Shown here: positions 19,853-29,778 of the stretch, piece by piece | How positions within the stretch are numbered: position 1 is the first letter of the stretch | How the letters are laid out: every line of letters starts with the position of its first letter | Virus record (IMG/VR): IMGVR_UViG_3300031994_000001 | Location: 311,799 to 375,798 of that record | Strand: one strand, 5' to 3' | Length of the DNA stretch: 64,000 nucleotides | From: a virus | Taxonomy: Duplodnaviria; Heunggongvirae; Uroviricota; Caudoviricetes | Position numbers and translations under genes: made by a program | Notes under the pieces: generated by a model | What the model saw: only the letters and a program-made list of their open reading frames with translations | What the model was told of the DNA's origin: nothing | Database searches by the model: none

Positions 19853-20626
19853 TTAAAAAACCGATTTAATGGAGTTTTTTGATTCCTTTGAATCGCCAAA
19901 AACAGACTTCAAATTGGAAACCTCCATCCTGCTTGCGAGATTTTCAAGGTTCATATCCGTCTCGTTACCGCTGTTCTCTTTCGGTATGGTTCTGTCCTCA
20001 ATAATGTTCGCCTCAATGTATTCCTGCGAACTCACAAGTGATTCCAATTCGGTGAGTTTCGCACTCAAAGCAGCCTTTTCCGCTTCAAGTGAATCAATCT
20101 TGTTTTGCATATCGGCGACCTTTTCGTCATATTCCGCGACAGTTGAGGTCAGTTGCGCACGCAGACTGTTGACCGTGTTGTTAAGTGTAGTGATTGTTTC
20201 GGTAAGTGAAGTCTCCATCACATTGGCATAGTCGCCCCAACGACCACTGTACAAAACGGTTTCATCGGAAGATGTCCTGCCGTCCTCTATCACGGTTGAT
20301 ATGTAAAACGTCTTGTCGGAGAGGTTCAATATCCTCTCGGCTTCCGATTCGCTTATGCGGAACACAACCTCGCCGTTAGCCATATCCACATTCTCCGCAT
20401 CCTTGTAGTGGGGGATACGGATTTTGGTGTCGCCAGAGACAAAGGAGAGATACACAGTTCCGAGATTCGTCAGATTCAACGGGACGTGGTTGTCAACCTC
20501 CTTATCCTCGCTTTCACGGTATATGGTGAAGAGGTAGTAGTTCGTGAACGGGGAAATCTCCATACAAATATCCCCGCGATAGTACATAGTTGCATTGGAC
20601 GCTAACTGCTGTATGCGTGTTGACAT
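19853..20626 (-). CDS. hypothetical protein (beta-rich N-domain plus coiled coil)
   Basis: 257-aa ORF with heptad C-terminus. Confidence 0.7.
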   Translation of the reverse strand: MSTRIQQLASNATMYYRGDICMEISPFTNYYLFTIYRESEDKEVDNHVPLNLTNLGTVYLSFVSGDTKIRIPHYKDAENVDMANGEVVFRISESEAERILNLSDKTFYISTVIEDGRTSSDETVLYSGRWGDYANVMETSLTETITTLNNTVNSLRAQLTSTVAEYDEKVADMQNKIDSLEAEKAALSAKLTELESLVSSQEYIEANIIEDRTIPKENSGNETDMNLENLASRMEVSNLKSVFGDSKESKNSIKSVF

Positions 20627-20955
20627 TACCTTTTCTTTTGTTCTTCAAGTTTTTGCAACTCGGCATCAATCTGCTTTTCACGCTCCAAGTCGAAACGCTT
20701 TCTGTCGGTTGACTGAATCATACGCTTCTCGCTTTTCAAGCCTTCAATGCGCAGGTCGGTGTCGGTTATCTGATATTTGTTTATACTGTCAATTCGGTCG
20801 TTGATTACCGCAATCTGCTCGGTCTGACGCTTGTCAAACTTTTTAATCTTCTTGTTGGTTGAGCAAGTTTTCAGCATAACGACAGCCATAAGGCACATAA
20901 TGATTATGATGCCGTATTTGTTCAGAAAGTCAAGTATCTTTTTCATAGTATTCAA
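20626..20955 (-). CDS. membrane-anchored coiled-coil protein
   Basis: N-terminal hydrophobic helix IIIIMCLMAVVML followed by a charged helix. Confidence 0.65.
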   Translation of the reverse strand: MNTMKKILDFLNKYGIIIIMCLMAVVMLKTCSTNKKIKKFDKRQTEQIAVINDRIDSINKYQITDTDLRIEGLKSEKRMIQSTDRKRFDLEREKQIDAELQKLEEQKKR

Positions 20956-21843
20956 TTAAAATTGTTCGTTGTCAAGCGGAATGTAGGAGTTGATTTTCTC
21001 ACGGAGTGTGACTTCCTTGATTTCCTTTCCGTCTTTGTCATACACTTTGACCTTTTCTTTCATAAGGTCTTCATAGTCGCGGTAGTCCTTACCCGCTTCC
21101 TTGCACTTGATAGCGCAGAAGTCAGAAACATACTTTCCGCCGTTTGGCGAAGACATTTGTTTGGCATCACCCGTGTAGGTACTGCCGAAGTAAATCCAAA
21201 CATCGCCGCCGACAATATCGTGACCCTTTCCGTATTTGAGAATTCCGAGCATTTGTTCGGCGCAACCCTTGTGGGTCTTTTCAAGGATTTTGTCGGCTAC
21301 CTTACGGCTGCGCATTTGGTTCTGTTTCTTCGCGGTGTCGAAGTTGTTGAGAACCCAAACGAGGTGGATGTTGTTAATGTCGTATCCGCCTATACCCGCA
21401 AGAACGGCAATATCTTCGAGTTTAGGATAACTCTTGAGGGTGACATCGAACATAACATTCTGTTTGTCCTTTCTTGTTGACTGCTGTCTGAACAGAGTGT
21501 TGTTCACTTTCTTGGCAAGTCTGTTGGTGTCGGAAAACTCGTGGAGGTTTGAAACGTCAGTCGGATTGGTCATATCAACCTCACCGAGAAACTTTCCATA
21601 TTTCTCCTTGTATTGCTTGCTCAACGGCTCGTCATCTTTCATCTTGACAAGTGTTTCCTTGATGTCGTCAACATTGAGAACCTTGCAGTCAATGCCGAGT
21701 ACGTTATTGGCAACGAATCCCTTCCCGCTGCCGCCACCACCGCAGAGAATGACAATCTGCCCGCTCTTCGGATAAGCCTTCTTGTTGAATGTTATGAGTT
21801 TTTCATTGATTTGTGAAAACTCGTTGTAAAGCATTATTTTCAT
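20956..21843 (-). CDS. P-loop kinase (zeta-toxin/AAA_33-like)
   Basis: ILCGGGGSGKGF Walker A, LNVDD, VMFDVT, A..QNQMR.R lid motif; leader YNEFSQINE-KL. Confidence 0.7.
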   Translation of the reverse strand: MKIMLYNEFSQINEKLITFNKKAYPKSGQIVILCGGGGSGKGFVANNVLGIDCKVLNVDDIKETLVKMKDDEPLSKQYKEKYGKFLGEVDMTNPTDVSNLHEFSDTNRLAKKVNNTLFRQQSTRKDKQNVMFDVTLKSYPKLEDIAVLAGIGGYDINNIHLVWVLNNFDTAKKQNQMRSRKVADKILEKTHKGCAEQMLGILKYGKGHDIVGGDVWIYFGSTYTGDAKQMSSPNGGKYVSDFCAIKCKEAGKDYRDYEDLMKEKVKVYDKDGKEIKEVTLREKINSYIPLDNEQF

Positions 21844-22148
21844 TTCAGTTCATTTATTTTTTCCATAATCTGTTGTTCGGTTTGGAGACCCGCAGCAATA
21901 CCCATAACCTCGCCGTCTTTGAAATAAACAAGCAACGGTATGTTGCGCACACCGAATTTTTCCGCGAGTTCCTTGTTGTCCTCAATGTCGCATTTCGCTA
22001 TTTTGAACTCATTGTGTTCCTCTGATATTTTGTCAAGGGTTTTACCCAACACCCTGCAAGGGGAACACCATTCGGCGTAAAAGTCAACAATCGCAATACC
22101 ATCAGCGATGGTTTCGGGTAAATTTTCTTCGTTTACTGTTGTAATCAT
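21840..22148 (-). CDS. trxA: thioredoxin
   Basis: VDFYAEWCSPCR, GVRNIP, FKDG. Confidence 0.92.
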   Translation of the reverse strand: MITTVNEENLPETIADGIAIVDFYAEWCSPCRVLGKTLDKISEEHNEFKIAKCDIEDNKELAEKFGVRNIPLLVYFKDGEVMGIAAGLQTEQQIMEKINELK

Positions 22149-22166
22149 ATCAATATGTTTTAGTTG

Positions 22167-22622
22167 TTATATTTTTCCAAAATAGATTTTTTCCAACTGT
22201 TTGTCATCCAAATCAAAATCCTCTTTTACACGGGCAATGTAATCTTCAATTACCGTTTCATATTTCGGGTCACTTTTGTAATACACAAACGCCTCCCAAA
22301 GCGTAGCGAACACCTTGACTTTCGTGAGTTTCTGTTTCGAACGGGTCTTGTGCTTTTTCAATTGTTCAGCCATAGACAATTTATCCCACGAGTCAAACCT
22401 CTTGCTTGTGTCATCGCAAGCCTTTGTGAAATTAAGCCAGCACTCCTTTGAAAAACCGAGTTTCATTATATTGAAGACCACCTGCTCCTCACCGACAGTC
22501 CTTTTTCCCGTCCAAAAATGTTTTTTACCCAAAACATCGCCCATCTTGTTAAGCCTATCCTTGGACACGGGCTGTATGTTCAGTTTCTCCGAAACAAATC
22601 CTCTGTATGATAACACTTTCAT
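22167..22622 (-). CDS. hypothetical protein with shared leader
   Basis: MKVLSYRGFVSE-KLNIQPVSKDRL; TATAAATA at 22641-22648 (minus). Confidence 0.8.
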   Translation of the reverse strand: MKVLSYRGFVSEKLNIQPVSKDRLNKMGDVLGKKHFWTGKRTVGEEQVVFNIMKLGFSKECWLNFTKACDDTSKRFDSWDKLSMAEQLKKHKTRSKQKLTKVKVFATLWEAFVYYKSDPKYETVIEDYIARVKEDFDLDDKQLEKIYFGKI

Positions 22623-22653
22623 AATTTCCGTTATTTGTTATATTTATATCGGA

Positions 22654-23127
22654 TTAGAACGGGAGTTTGAAGAAAATCTGTATTATTTTCTCGAATGTCA
22701 TAAACTTCACGTCTGTCATAAGACGCTTCACATACCAAAATATGACAGACTTGTAATCATCGTCATTCCCATACATTTTGAAAGCCGCCCAAAGAGAAGT
22801 GTACAATTCGGTCTCGGTCATATTTTTGTTGACGCGAACGGCGTGTTTATTCAGTTGGATGCGAAGTGGAAGCGAATGCCATTTCTTGAACAACGCCAAC
22901 ACTTCGTCAGATGTTTTCTTCATTTTCTCGCTGTTCCAAGCGATGAAACTGTTAGTCCACATATTCCTTCCGAGTTGGTCAAGGTCAACCAACACATCAA
23001 TCGGGTAGTTGTAACCAAACAACTTGTTTTTCATATCGGAAAGCCGTTCAACAGTCCGTTTCAACCTATCCGCAGTAACGGGCTGTATGTTCAGTTTTTT
23101 CTTCTGTTCATTGGGATTTGCCTGCAT
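22654..23127 (-). CDS. hypothetical protein with partial leader, probable paralog of 22167..22622
   Basis: KLNIQPVTADRL; shares a LWxAF..Y..D..Y..VI block with its neighbour. Confidence 0.75.
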   Translation of the reverse strand: MQANPNEQKKKLNIQPVTADRLKRTVERLSDMKNKLFGYNYPIDVLVDLDQLGRNMWTNSFIAWNSEKMKKTSDEVLALFKKWHSLPLRIQLNKHAVRVNKNMTETELYTSLWAAFKMYGNDDDYKSVIFWYVKRLMTDVKFMTFEKIIQIFFKLPF

Positions 23128-23139
23128 ACCAACGGAATA

Positions 23140-23988
23140 TTAAAGTGAAAGCATATCGCCGAACATTCTGTCAATGTCGGGGTTAGTCCATTTTATGAAC
23201 CCCGTGTTCGGTGTGAATGTCATCTCTCCGAGATACACACGACCGTTCACCTCGTAGAAGTCAACCCTAACGAATCTGAAGTCGGCAGACAGAATCTCCG
23301 CATATTCCTTCATAGTGTGAAAGCACAACGGCTTGCTGTCAAGCATAGCGGGATTGTTTGGAAAGTCGGTACGGCAGATGTCAACGAACTTGAAATCCAT
23401 ATCGTAATAGTTGAGACGCTTGGTTTTCTTGTGTCTGTCGTTGATTATCTGAACGAATGTCGGCTTTCCGTTGAAACAGATGAACTTGTAATCCGTCACA
23501 TCAGCCTTGCCACGATTCTCTATGAATTTCTCGGCGAAACACTTTCTCGGTATGTTGAGGTAGTGCGGCTCTATTGTTTCGAGTCCGAATGGTATGTTTA
23601 ACCATTCTTTCAGTTTGCTGACACAAGTCAGTCTGTTCAGAGTCGTCTTGCTTCTGCATATTATGTTATACCCGTAACCGTGGTTGCATTTCAGAACGAA
23701 CCTGCTCGGCAGTTCCTTGAAGTCAAGCCTTTCGGGAAAATCATAGATTTTGAGCAGAGGCACACATATATCGCTGCCAAGTTTAGACCTGCAATAATGG
23801 TGAACCTTTATTTTGTCGGCGCAAACCGATTTCAATGGATTCTTGTCATCGTAGATTTGCAGCCATTGCATTTTCTCACACCAAGTCTTCGGATTGTCTA
23901 TGTCGAAGTCTTGAAATTCTTTTAGGCGGGCGCGTTCAATGATAGCCTGCTTCAGTTGTTCGCTGTCGCCGAATGGTTTATTGTCCAT
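23140..23988 (-). CDS. TupA-like ATP-grasp ligase
   Basis: NPKTWCEKMQWL, ADKIKV, FVLKCNHGYG, DYKFICFNG, FVRVDFY, YLGEMTFTP. Confidence 0.88.
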   Translation of the reverse strand: MDNKPFGDSEQLKQAIIERARLKEFQDFDIDNPKTWCEKMQWLQIYDDKNPLKSVCADKIKVHHYCRSKLGSDICVPLLKIYDFPERLDFKELPSRFVLKCNHGYGYNIICRSKTTLNRLTCVSKLKEWLNIPFGLETIEPHYLNIPRKCFAEKFIENRGKADVTDYKFICFNGKPTFVQIINDRHKKTKRLNYYDMDFKFVDICRTDFPNNPAMLDSKPLCFHTMKEYAEILSADFRFVRVDFYEVNGRVYLGEMTFTPNTGFIKWTNPDIDRMFGDMLSL

Positions 23989-24009
23989 AACTTGTTTAGT
24001 TTGAGATTA

Positions 24010-27000
24010 CTATTTTGTTATACGGTATTTGTCAATCCCGATAAGGGGCCAAATCCTCTTGCACACTTCCTCCGTGTGCGTTATCTTGATTGCATTATAG
24101 AAATTTCTCTCTTTGTCGCGCATACCGTTTGCAACAACCCTCTTGTTGAGATTCCAAAGCGAATCGTTCTGTGAATCCTCCAATGTCGGATAGAACCTGC
24201 TGTTGAAAACCTCCATACCGTTGACCTTGATATTGTGCTTGATGAAATGCGGTCTGTACCAACTCTCGTCACAGTTCAGCACGTACTCATTGCGCATCGT
24301 TTCATTATTGTATGAATCAAACGGGAATATGAAAGGAGGGAAGCAGGAACATCCTGCCATAAACATATTCTTGTGTGACGGTTCTTCGGACAGCGGTATT
24401 TCGACAAACCTATTGCCTCTGTAATCGCCGCCCCTTGAAGAATACACACTCAAACAATCTTGATGACGCTTCGCCTCATTGTAAAGTTCCTCAATGAATG
24501 TAGGCTTGTAGAGAATGTCATCGTCAAGCAGGAAGTTGTAGCAGTTCGGAAAATACTTGAAACAGTTGTAACGCTTGTGACCCTTTGTGTTCTTTTCAAC
24601 CCACATAATGTCGGTGAGCAGATTCTCTTCGATGCACCTGCGTATGTTTTTCGGCAGGTTCTTGTCGTTGTATTCCTCCCTGCAAAGCCAAAGCACAATC
24701 CTGCTCGGATAAAGCGTCTGCTTTTTGAGATTTTTCAACATAGGATACAAACACCAATCGCGCTTAATCCAAGTTGTGATGTTCACGACAATCTCGCCGT
24801 CAAGCAAGTCGGAATAAGTCTTTCCGAATCTCTCATATATGTACTCTCTGAAAAGTTCGTGGCAGCGTTGCAGGTTCGGGGCGTAAACCTCCGAATATGC
24901 GTGCATCTTGTTGATGTCGCTGTTGTCACGCCTATCCTGCATATCAAGACCGTCAAGACCGAATGTGTAACGCTTGCCGTTAAGCAATGCGGCATAGGTA
25001 TAAAGCAAATCGTCATTGCCGAAAAAGTCTATGCCGTATTTGAGAACCACATTCTCGTATAGGTCTTGCAGATAGTCCCCGAAAAACTCCTTTTTCACCA
25101 AAGAGAACGCCCCGTGGTGGGAATACAATCCGCACTCCCATCTGCAATTCTCACCGCCGCCCGTAACGGGTGCGTGCTTGCCGTTGTATTGGTAACGCTC
25201 GTACATTTTCTCAACGAAATTGTTGGGGTATTCAATGTCGTCATCAATACTGATGATAACGTCATTCGGATAGCGTTCAAGCGTTGGGATAATCTTCTTG
25301 TATGTCTTTGTGTTTTCAGCAACCCAATGAATTTCGAACACGCTGTTCTGCTTGCGCACGAGTTCGTATGGCAATTCCTTTTCCTTGCGGGGGAACTCTT
25401 CTGACGAAAGGTTAAGGACAATCTTGTTTGGTCTGATTGTCTGCCGCATCATCAAATCAACAATGTGTGCGCAATTCCAAATACGCTTTTTCCAAGAGGT
25501 GAACGATACCACAATCCTATCGTTTCTGTTGAGCCACTTGGACGGCAAGTCCTCGCAAAGAAACACCTCTTTGCAGGAAGTCGTCACCATTTCGTCAAGT
25601 ATAGGCTTTGATTCCGAAACCGTGTCAATGTAATGTTTATGCTCGGCACGTTTCTGCGACTTTAACCCAAGGTCTTTCGACAGCGTGAGTTTGTTACAGT
25701 TGTCAACCCTCAAATTGTAAAGAGCCTTTTTGATTGTGAATATCTTTATGACTTTGCGAAGCCTTGTGCGCAATTCAGTATCGCCACTCATACGCCAAGG
25801 CATATAGCCACCGTATTTAAGCAACACGCTTTTCTTTATGCAAACACTGCCCTCGGCAAAACAGTTAGTTCCAACAACAGTGTTTTCATCACTGAATCTG
25901 TCCTGCGCATACTTAATCATATCGGCATTCTCCTTCTCGGCGGCGAGCATAACTTCGGAAACCATATCCTCGTACATTCTGTCATCGCTGTCAAAACGGA
26001 GAATCCAATCATACTGCGCTTTTTTCATAATGGTATTGCAGGTGATATATGTACCCACATTTTCGTCCATCATAAAGACGCGCAGGTTTTTGTATTTGTA
26101 CATTATGCCCTTGATTTTGGCAAGCGTGGTCTCGCAGCCGTCAATGCCAATCAAAACCTCCCAATTATCGTTTTCTTTGAGCCAAGACTGCGCGTACACA
26201 GAATCCAAGCATTCTCCAATGTATTTTTCCGTATGCCAAGCGGAAATGCAAATGCTGACACCGAATGTTGAAGACTGTTTCTTTATGACGGGAATTGCCG
26301 TCTGCTTAACAGCCTTGACCGCTTCGGGCGGCGTGTGTTTTATTGCAGGGTTTGAAATGCGTTTAGCACCAGGGCAGATGGCGCGTTCCTGCGGTGTTGA
26401 AAAACTTGCGTTGCCAAGGCTTTTCTTCGGCTCAACAACGGGAATCTCAACCTTTGGCGTTTCAACTGAAACATCTTTCTTTTCCGTTACTGCGGGTTTC
26501 GGCGTTGGCGCGTTCTGTATATTCGGGACGTTCTTTATGATTGGTGTTGTCGGAGGGAAATTCGGTTTTTTCTTGTTTGTTTCAAGAGCCTTGAAATAAG
26601 CATCGAAATACCTTGACTTATCCTCGGTCATCATATTGTACTTGAAATAGAACGCCTTGTTTAGACGAGTCTTTGAACTGCCGTTGCTTCTGCGCTTGTA
26701 CTTTATGTCAATGAACTCCTCCATTGACTTCGTTACATAGTGACGGATATAGCCGACATCGTGCCGTATGTTGGAATCCGTTGTCTGCAACATATACTTC
26801 GCCTCGCTCCCATCGGGATAGCGTATGCCCATCATATAGTCGCAATAATGGACATTCAACATTCTGAATCTGTTGATATTTGTTCTGTAAATCTGCTTGT
26901 AGTATTTGTTGACCTCTCTGTTTTGGCACAGTTCAGTGAACCTCTCCAACACGGGGGCATCCTCGTAACGAAGTTGCTCCGAATCGGAATAGCACAGCCA

Positions 27001-27366
27001 ATGGAAACGGACGGCATTAGCCTTCCTGCACCAATCCTGCGCCAAGAAATCCTTTATCGTGTCGTGGTCATTCAGCGTAAGGAACTCATCAATGTCAAGG
27101 AACATTATCCAATCGTATTCCTTGCCATAAGTCTTGTAACACTCGTTGTACGCCTTGACCTGCATTTCACACGACAACTGATGCCTGCCGCGATAATTGA
27201 CTATCGTGACACGCTCGTCTTTGATGACATCGGAGATTCGTTCCCCGTCAACCTCGTTGTTGTCGTAAATGTAGATATGGTCGAAACCCAATTTGAGGTG
27301 GTAGTCCACCCACTCTTTAATGTATAAATTTTCACACTTCGCAATAGCGCATAAAGAAACTCTCAT
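24010..27366 (-). CDS. multidomain glycosyltransferase (four GT-A-like domains)
   Basis: EWVDYH..LGFDHIYIYDN/FLDIDEF; P/K-rich linker; GT2 LRFDSDD; tandem IVVSFTSW..R/SIDDDIEYP and IVVNITTW..R/LDDDILY. Confidence 0.85.
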   Translation of the reverse strand: MRVSLCAIAKCENLYIKEWVDYHLKLGFDHIYIYDNNEVDGERISDVIKDERVTIVNYRGRHQLSCEMQVKAYNECYKTYGKEYDWIMFLDIDEFLTLNDHDTIKDFLAQDWCRKANAVRFHWLCYSDSEQLRYEDAPVLERFTELCQNREVNKYYKQIYRTNINRFRMLNVHYCDYMMGIRYPDGSEAKYMLQTTDSNIRHDVGYIRHYVTKSMEEFIDIKYKRRSNGSSKTRLNKAFYFKYNMMTEDKSRYFDAYFKALETNKKKPNFPPTTPIIKNVPNIQNAPTPKPAVTEKKDVSVETPKVEIPVVEPKKSLGNASFSTPQERAICPGAKRISNPAIKHTPPEAVKAVKQTAIPVIKKQSSTFGVSICISAWHTEKYIGECLDSVYAQSWLKENDNWEVLIGIDGCETTLAKIKGIMYKYKNLRVFMMDENVGTYITCNTIMKKAQYDWILRFDSDDRMYEDMVSEVMLAAEKENADMIKYAQDRFSDENTVVGTNCFAEGSVCIKKSVLLKYGGYMPWRMSGDTELRTRLRKVIKIFTIKKALYNLRVDNCNKLTLSKDLGLKSQKRAEHKHYIDTVSESKPILDEMVTTSCKEVFLCEDLPSKWLNRNDRIVVSFTSWKKRIWNCAHIVDLMMRQTIRPNKIVLNLSSEEFPRKEKELPYELVRKQNSVFEIHWVAENTKTYKKIIPTLERYPNDVIISIDDDIEYPNNFVEKMYERYQYNGKHAPVTGGGENCRWECGLYSHHGAFSLVKKEFFGDYLQDLYENVVLKYGIDFFGNDDLLYTYAALLNGKRYTFGLDGLDMQDRRDNSDINKMHAYSEVYAPNLQRCHELFREYIYERFGKTYSDLLDGEIVVNITTWIKRDWCLYPMLKNLKKQTLYPSRIVLWLCREEYNDKNLPKNIRRCIEENLLTDIMWVEKNTKGHKRYNCFKYFPNCYNFLLDDDILYKPTFIEELYNEAKRHQDCLSVYSSRGGDYRGNRFVEIPLSEEPSHKNMFMAGCSCFPPFIFPFDSYNNETMRNEYVLNCDESWYRPHFIKHNIKVNGMEVFNSRFYPTLEDSQNDSLWNLNKRVVANGMRDKERNFYNAIKITHTEEVCKRIWPLIGIDKYRITK

Positions 27367-27390
27367 TTTCAAATGCTTTTAGTACAGAAA

Positions 27391-27520
27391 TATTTATAAA
27401 AAAGCAAAATTGTGGTGGTCTGCAAAAGAGCAGGTTTTATGGATTTAACAAAAGCACGCCATATTCTACCGATTTTTATTGAATCCCTAAATATTGAATT
27501 AAACAAACAGCGTATAAATA
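27391..27520. promoter_or_regulatory. divergent late promoters of the glycosylation cluster
   Basis: TATTTATA at 27391-27398 and TATAAATA at 27513-27520. Confidence 0.7.
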
Positions 27521-27535
27521 CCAAAAATTTTAGTA

Positions 27536-28135
27536 ATGAACATAATATGCAACAACTGTGTGGGGGCAAGGCTATATGAGACTACGGGCGTTCAATTCAA
27601 CAACCCGTTTATGTGGTCAATAACAGAACACAAGCATTACATAAACCTCGTGAAAAAATTTGAAAGCATTAACTTCTCAAACGTAAAATTCAGCCTTGAA
27701 TATTACAAGTACAAAGACAGACAAAATGTATTTTGCAACATAGATGATACCATACAAACTCATTTCACCCATTACATATACGACACCAATTTGTCAGAGC
27801 CTACAAAAAGAGGGCTGGACATTATGTACGAAAACATACTGAAATATACAAATGAAAAATACTTCAGCAGACTGTCAAGAATGAATGAAAGTCCAATCTT
27901 TGTGTATTCATTCAACGGGTTCAAATTCAGTGACGAAGAATACGCAAAACGATTCAATGACATACTCAAAATAAAAGACAAACCGATACACATATTGGCA
28001 TACAAATCAAAAGGCGAAAGAGACAACATATCAAACAACATAAAAGTGATTTATCTTGACGATGCCATTCTAAACGGAACAACGGGCAGCGTTGCAAAAA
28101 ATTCATACAAACAAATAATTAACTATGAAGAATAG
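27536..28135 (+). CDS. DUF1919-like polysaccharide biosynthesis protein
   Basis: IICNNCVG..LY.....FNNPF, IQTHFTHY, RL.RM. Confidence 0.6.
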   Translation: MNIICNNCVGARLYETTGVQFNNPFMWSITEHKHYINLVKKFESINFSNVKFSLEYYKYKDRQNVFCNIDDTIQTHFTHYIYDTNLSEPTKRGLDIMYENILKYTNEKYFSRLSRMNESPIFVYSFNGFKFSDEEYAKRFNDILKIKDKPIHILAYKSKGERDNISNNIKVIYLDDAILNGTTGSVAKNSYKQIINYEE

Positions 28136-29747
28136 CAAGTTAAATGAATACTTTTTCGTATTCGATTCAGACAACTTTGACAAAATCGAACCAAAGGTGT
28201 ACGGATTCACATTAAGCGAAACCGATGGAAAACTGTTTGTTTCAAACAAAACGGAAAACGTAATCGGCGGTTGCTACATATCCGTAGAGAGAAAAAACGA
28301 TGAGGTCTGCATAAAGCAGGACGAACTTTCGTCACTATATATCTATTACTATAATAAAGACGGATATTGGGCAATAAGTAACTCATTCTATGAATTATGC
28401 AAACTGCTCACCGAAAAAGGAAAAAAACTAACGGTCAGAAACCTTTACATAGACCAATATATTCAACAATCTTTGCAAATTCACTCACGAACAAAAAGTA
28501 TGGTTGAAGAAATCAAAATAATGGAATGCTTCCGCGAAATGCACCTTACAAAAAACGGAATATCCATATCAAAAAAAGACGAAAACTTCAACACCATTGA
28601 CCTTTTATCAGAGGAAGGCATCACACTTATTGACGAATGGATTGACAAATGGTCAAGTATAATGAAAGCGTTATGTAACAGTGGAGTCAATGTCCGCATT
28701 GATTTATCTGGCGGTTTCGACAGCAGGGCAATATTCACCCTTTCCCACTATGCGGGTATCAATCTTATGTCAGATAACATAAACGTGTTCTCAAAAATAG
28801 GCAATTCAAAAGGTATGGTAAAACATTTGGATAACGACTATCAAATAGCAGAACAAATTTCAAAACGGCTTGGATTCAAATTAAATGCACAAAATAAAAA
28901 AAATATACCACAAACAATAGATAATAAAGGTGAAACACAATATGAAATTATGCGTAATTTGTTTATGTTTACACATAAAGAGGGATACCATTGTATTGGT
29001 GTAAAAAAATCACCAATAATAACATTTGGAGGAACAAACGGTGAATTAGTAAGACGTAAATTCGATTGGATAACAGATGTAAAAAAACATACAACTGACC
29101 CATTTAGAATATCACAAGATGTAATAGATGAACAAAATAAAGATATAGAGGAATTAAAAAACATATATAAAACAGAAAAAGAAATATTTATAAAAATTTC
29201 TTTAGAAACTGAAGCAAAATCTCATTTTGGTTCATCTATATACAACAACTTTATAGCAAACACATTAGCCATATCACCATTTAGTGACAAAAATCTGTTA
29301 AAATTAAATATTAAAGATGGTATTAATACAAACATTATATTTGCTATAATTATATATAGAACAACACCAGAAATATTTGACATACCATTTTCAAGCAACA
29401 GAAGTTTTGACGATGAAGTAAAGCAACTCGCCGTTGAATTATGCAGCAAATACCCGAAGCAAAAGCATACACGCGATTATGTATGTGAGTTTGACACAAA
29501 CCTCGTCAAACAATTAGATGAAATTGGTGACGGTAAAAAAGGTGAAGATATTATGTACGAGGTATTTTCAAACAACAGAGAATTGTTTGTAAACTACATA
29601 AGCGGCGTTTGGGGCGAACAATATGCCAATGATATATACGACTATGCGGATAAATTCTATCTAAATAAAGACAATTTTTTTCCAAACAAATGGATAACAC
29701 CTTTAACATCCGTAATTGAACTACTGAAACTGATTGAAAACAAATAA
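28125..29747 (+). CDS. asparagine-synthase-like (PP-loop) amide ligase
   Basis: D....L.IYYY....WAISNS Ntn-like region; DLSGGFDSR PP-loop; GGTNGELVR; SPFSD; very AT-rich. Confidence 0.7.
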   Translation: MKNSKLNEYFFVFDSDNFDKIEPKVYGFTLSETDGKLFVSNKTENVIGGCYISVERKNDEVCIKQDELSSLYIYYYNKDGYWAISNSFYELCKLLTEKGKKLTVRNLYIDQYIQQSLQIHSRTKSMVEEIKIMECFREMHLTKNGISISKKDENFNTIDLLSEEGITLIDEWIDKWSSIMKALCNSGVNVRIDLSGGFDSRAIFTLSHYAGINLMSDNINVFSKIGNSKGMVKHLDNDYQIAEQISKRLGFKLNAQNKKNIPQTIDNKGETQYEIMRNLFMFTHKEGYHCIGVKKSPIITFGGTNGELVRRKFDWITDVKKHTTDPFRISQDVIDEQNKDIEELKNIYKTEKEIFIKISLETEAKSHFGSSIYNNFIANTLAISPFSDKNLLKLNIKDGINTNIIFAIIIYRTTPEIFDIPFSSNRSFDDEVKQLAVELCSKYPKQKHTRDYVCEFDTNLVKQLDEIGDGKKGEDIMYEVFSNNRELFVNYISGVWGEQYANDIYDYADKFYLNKDNFFPNKWITPLTSVIELLKLIENK

Positions 29748-29750
29748 ACG

Positions 29751-29778
29751 AAAGACGAAGCATTTGCTTCGCCTTTTC
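29751..29778. terminator. bidirectional terminator
   Basis: AAAGACGAAGCA/TGCTTCGCCTTTT between convergent genes. Confidence 0.65.
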
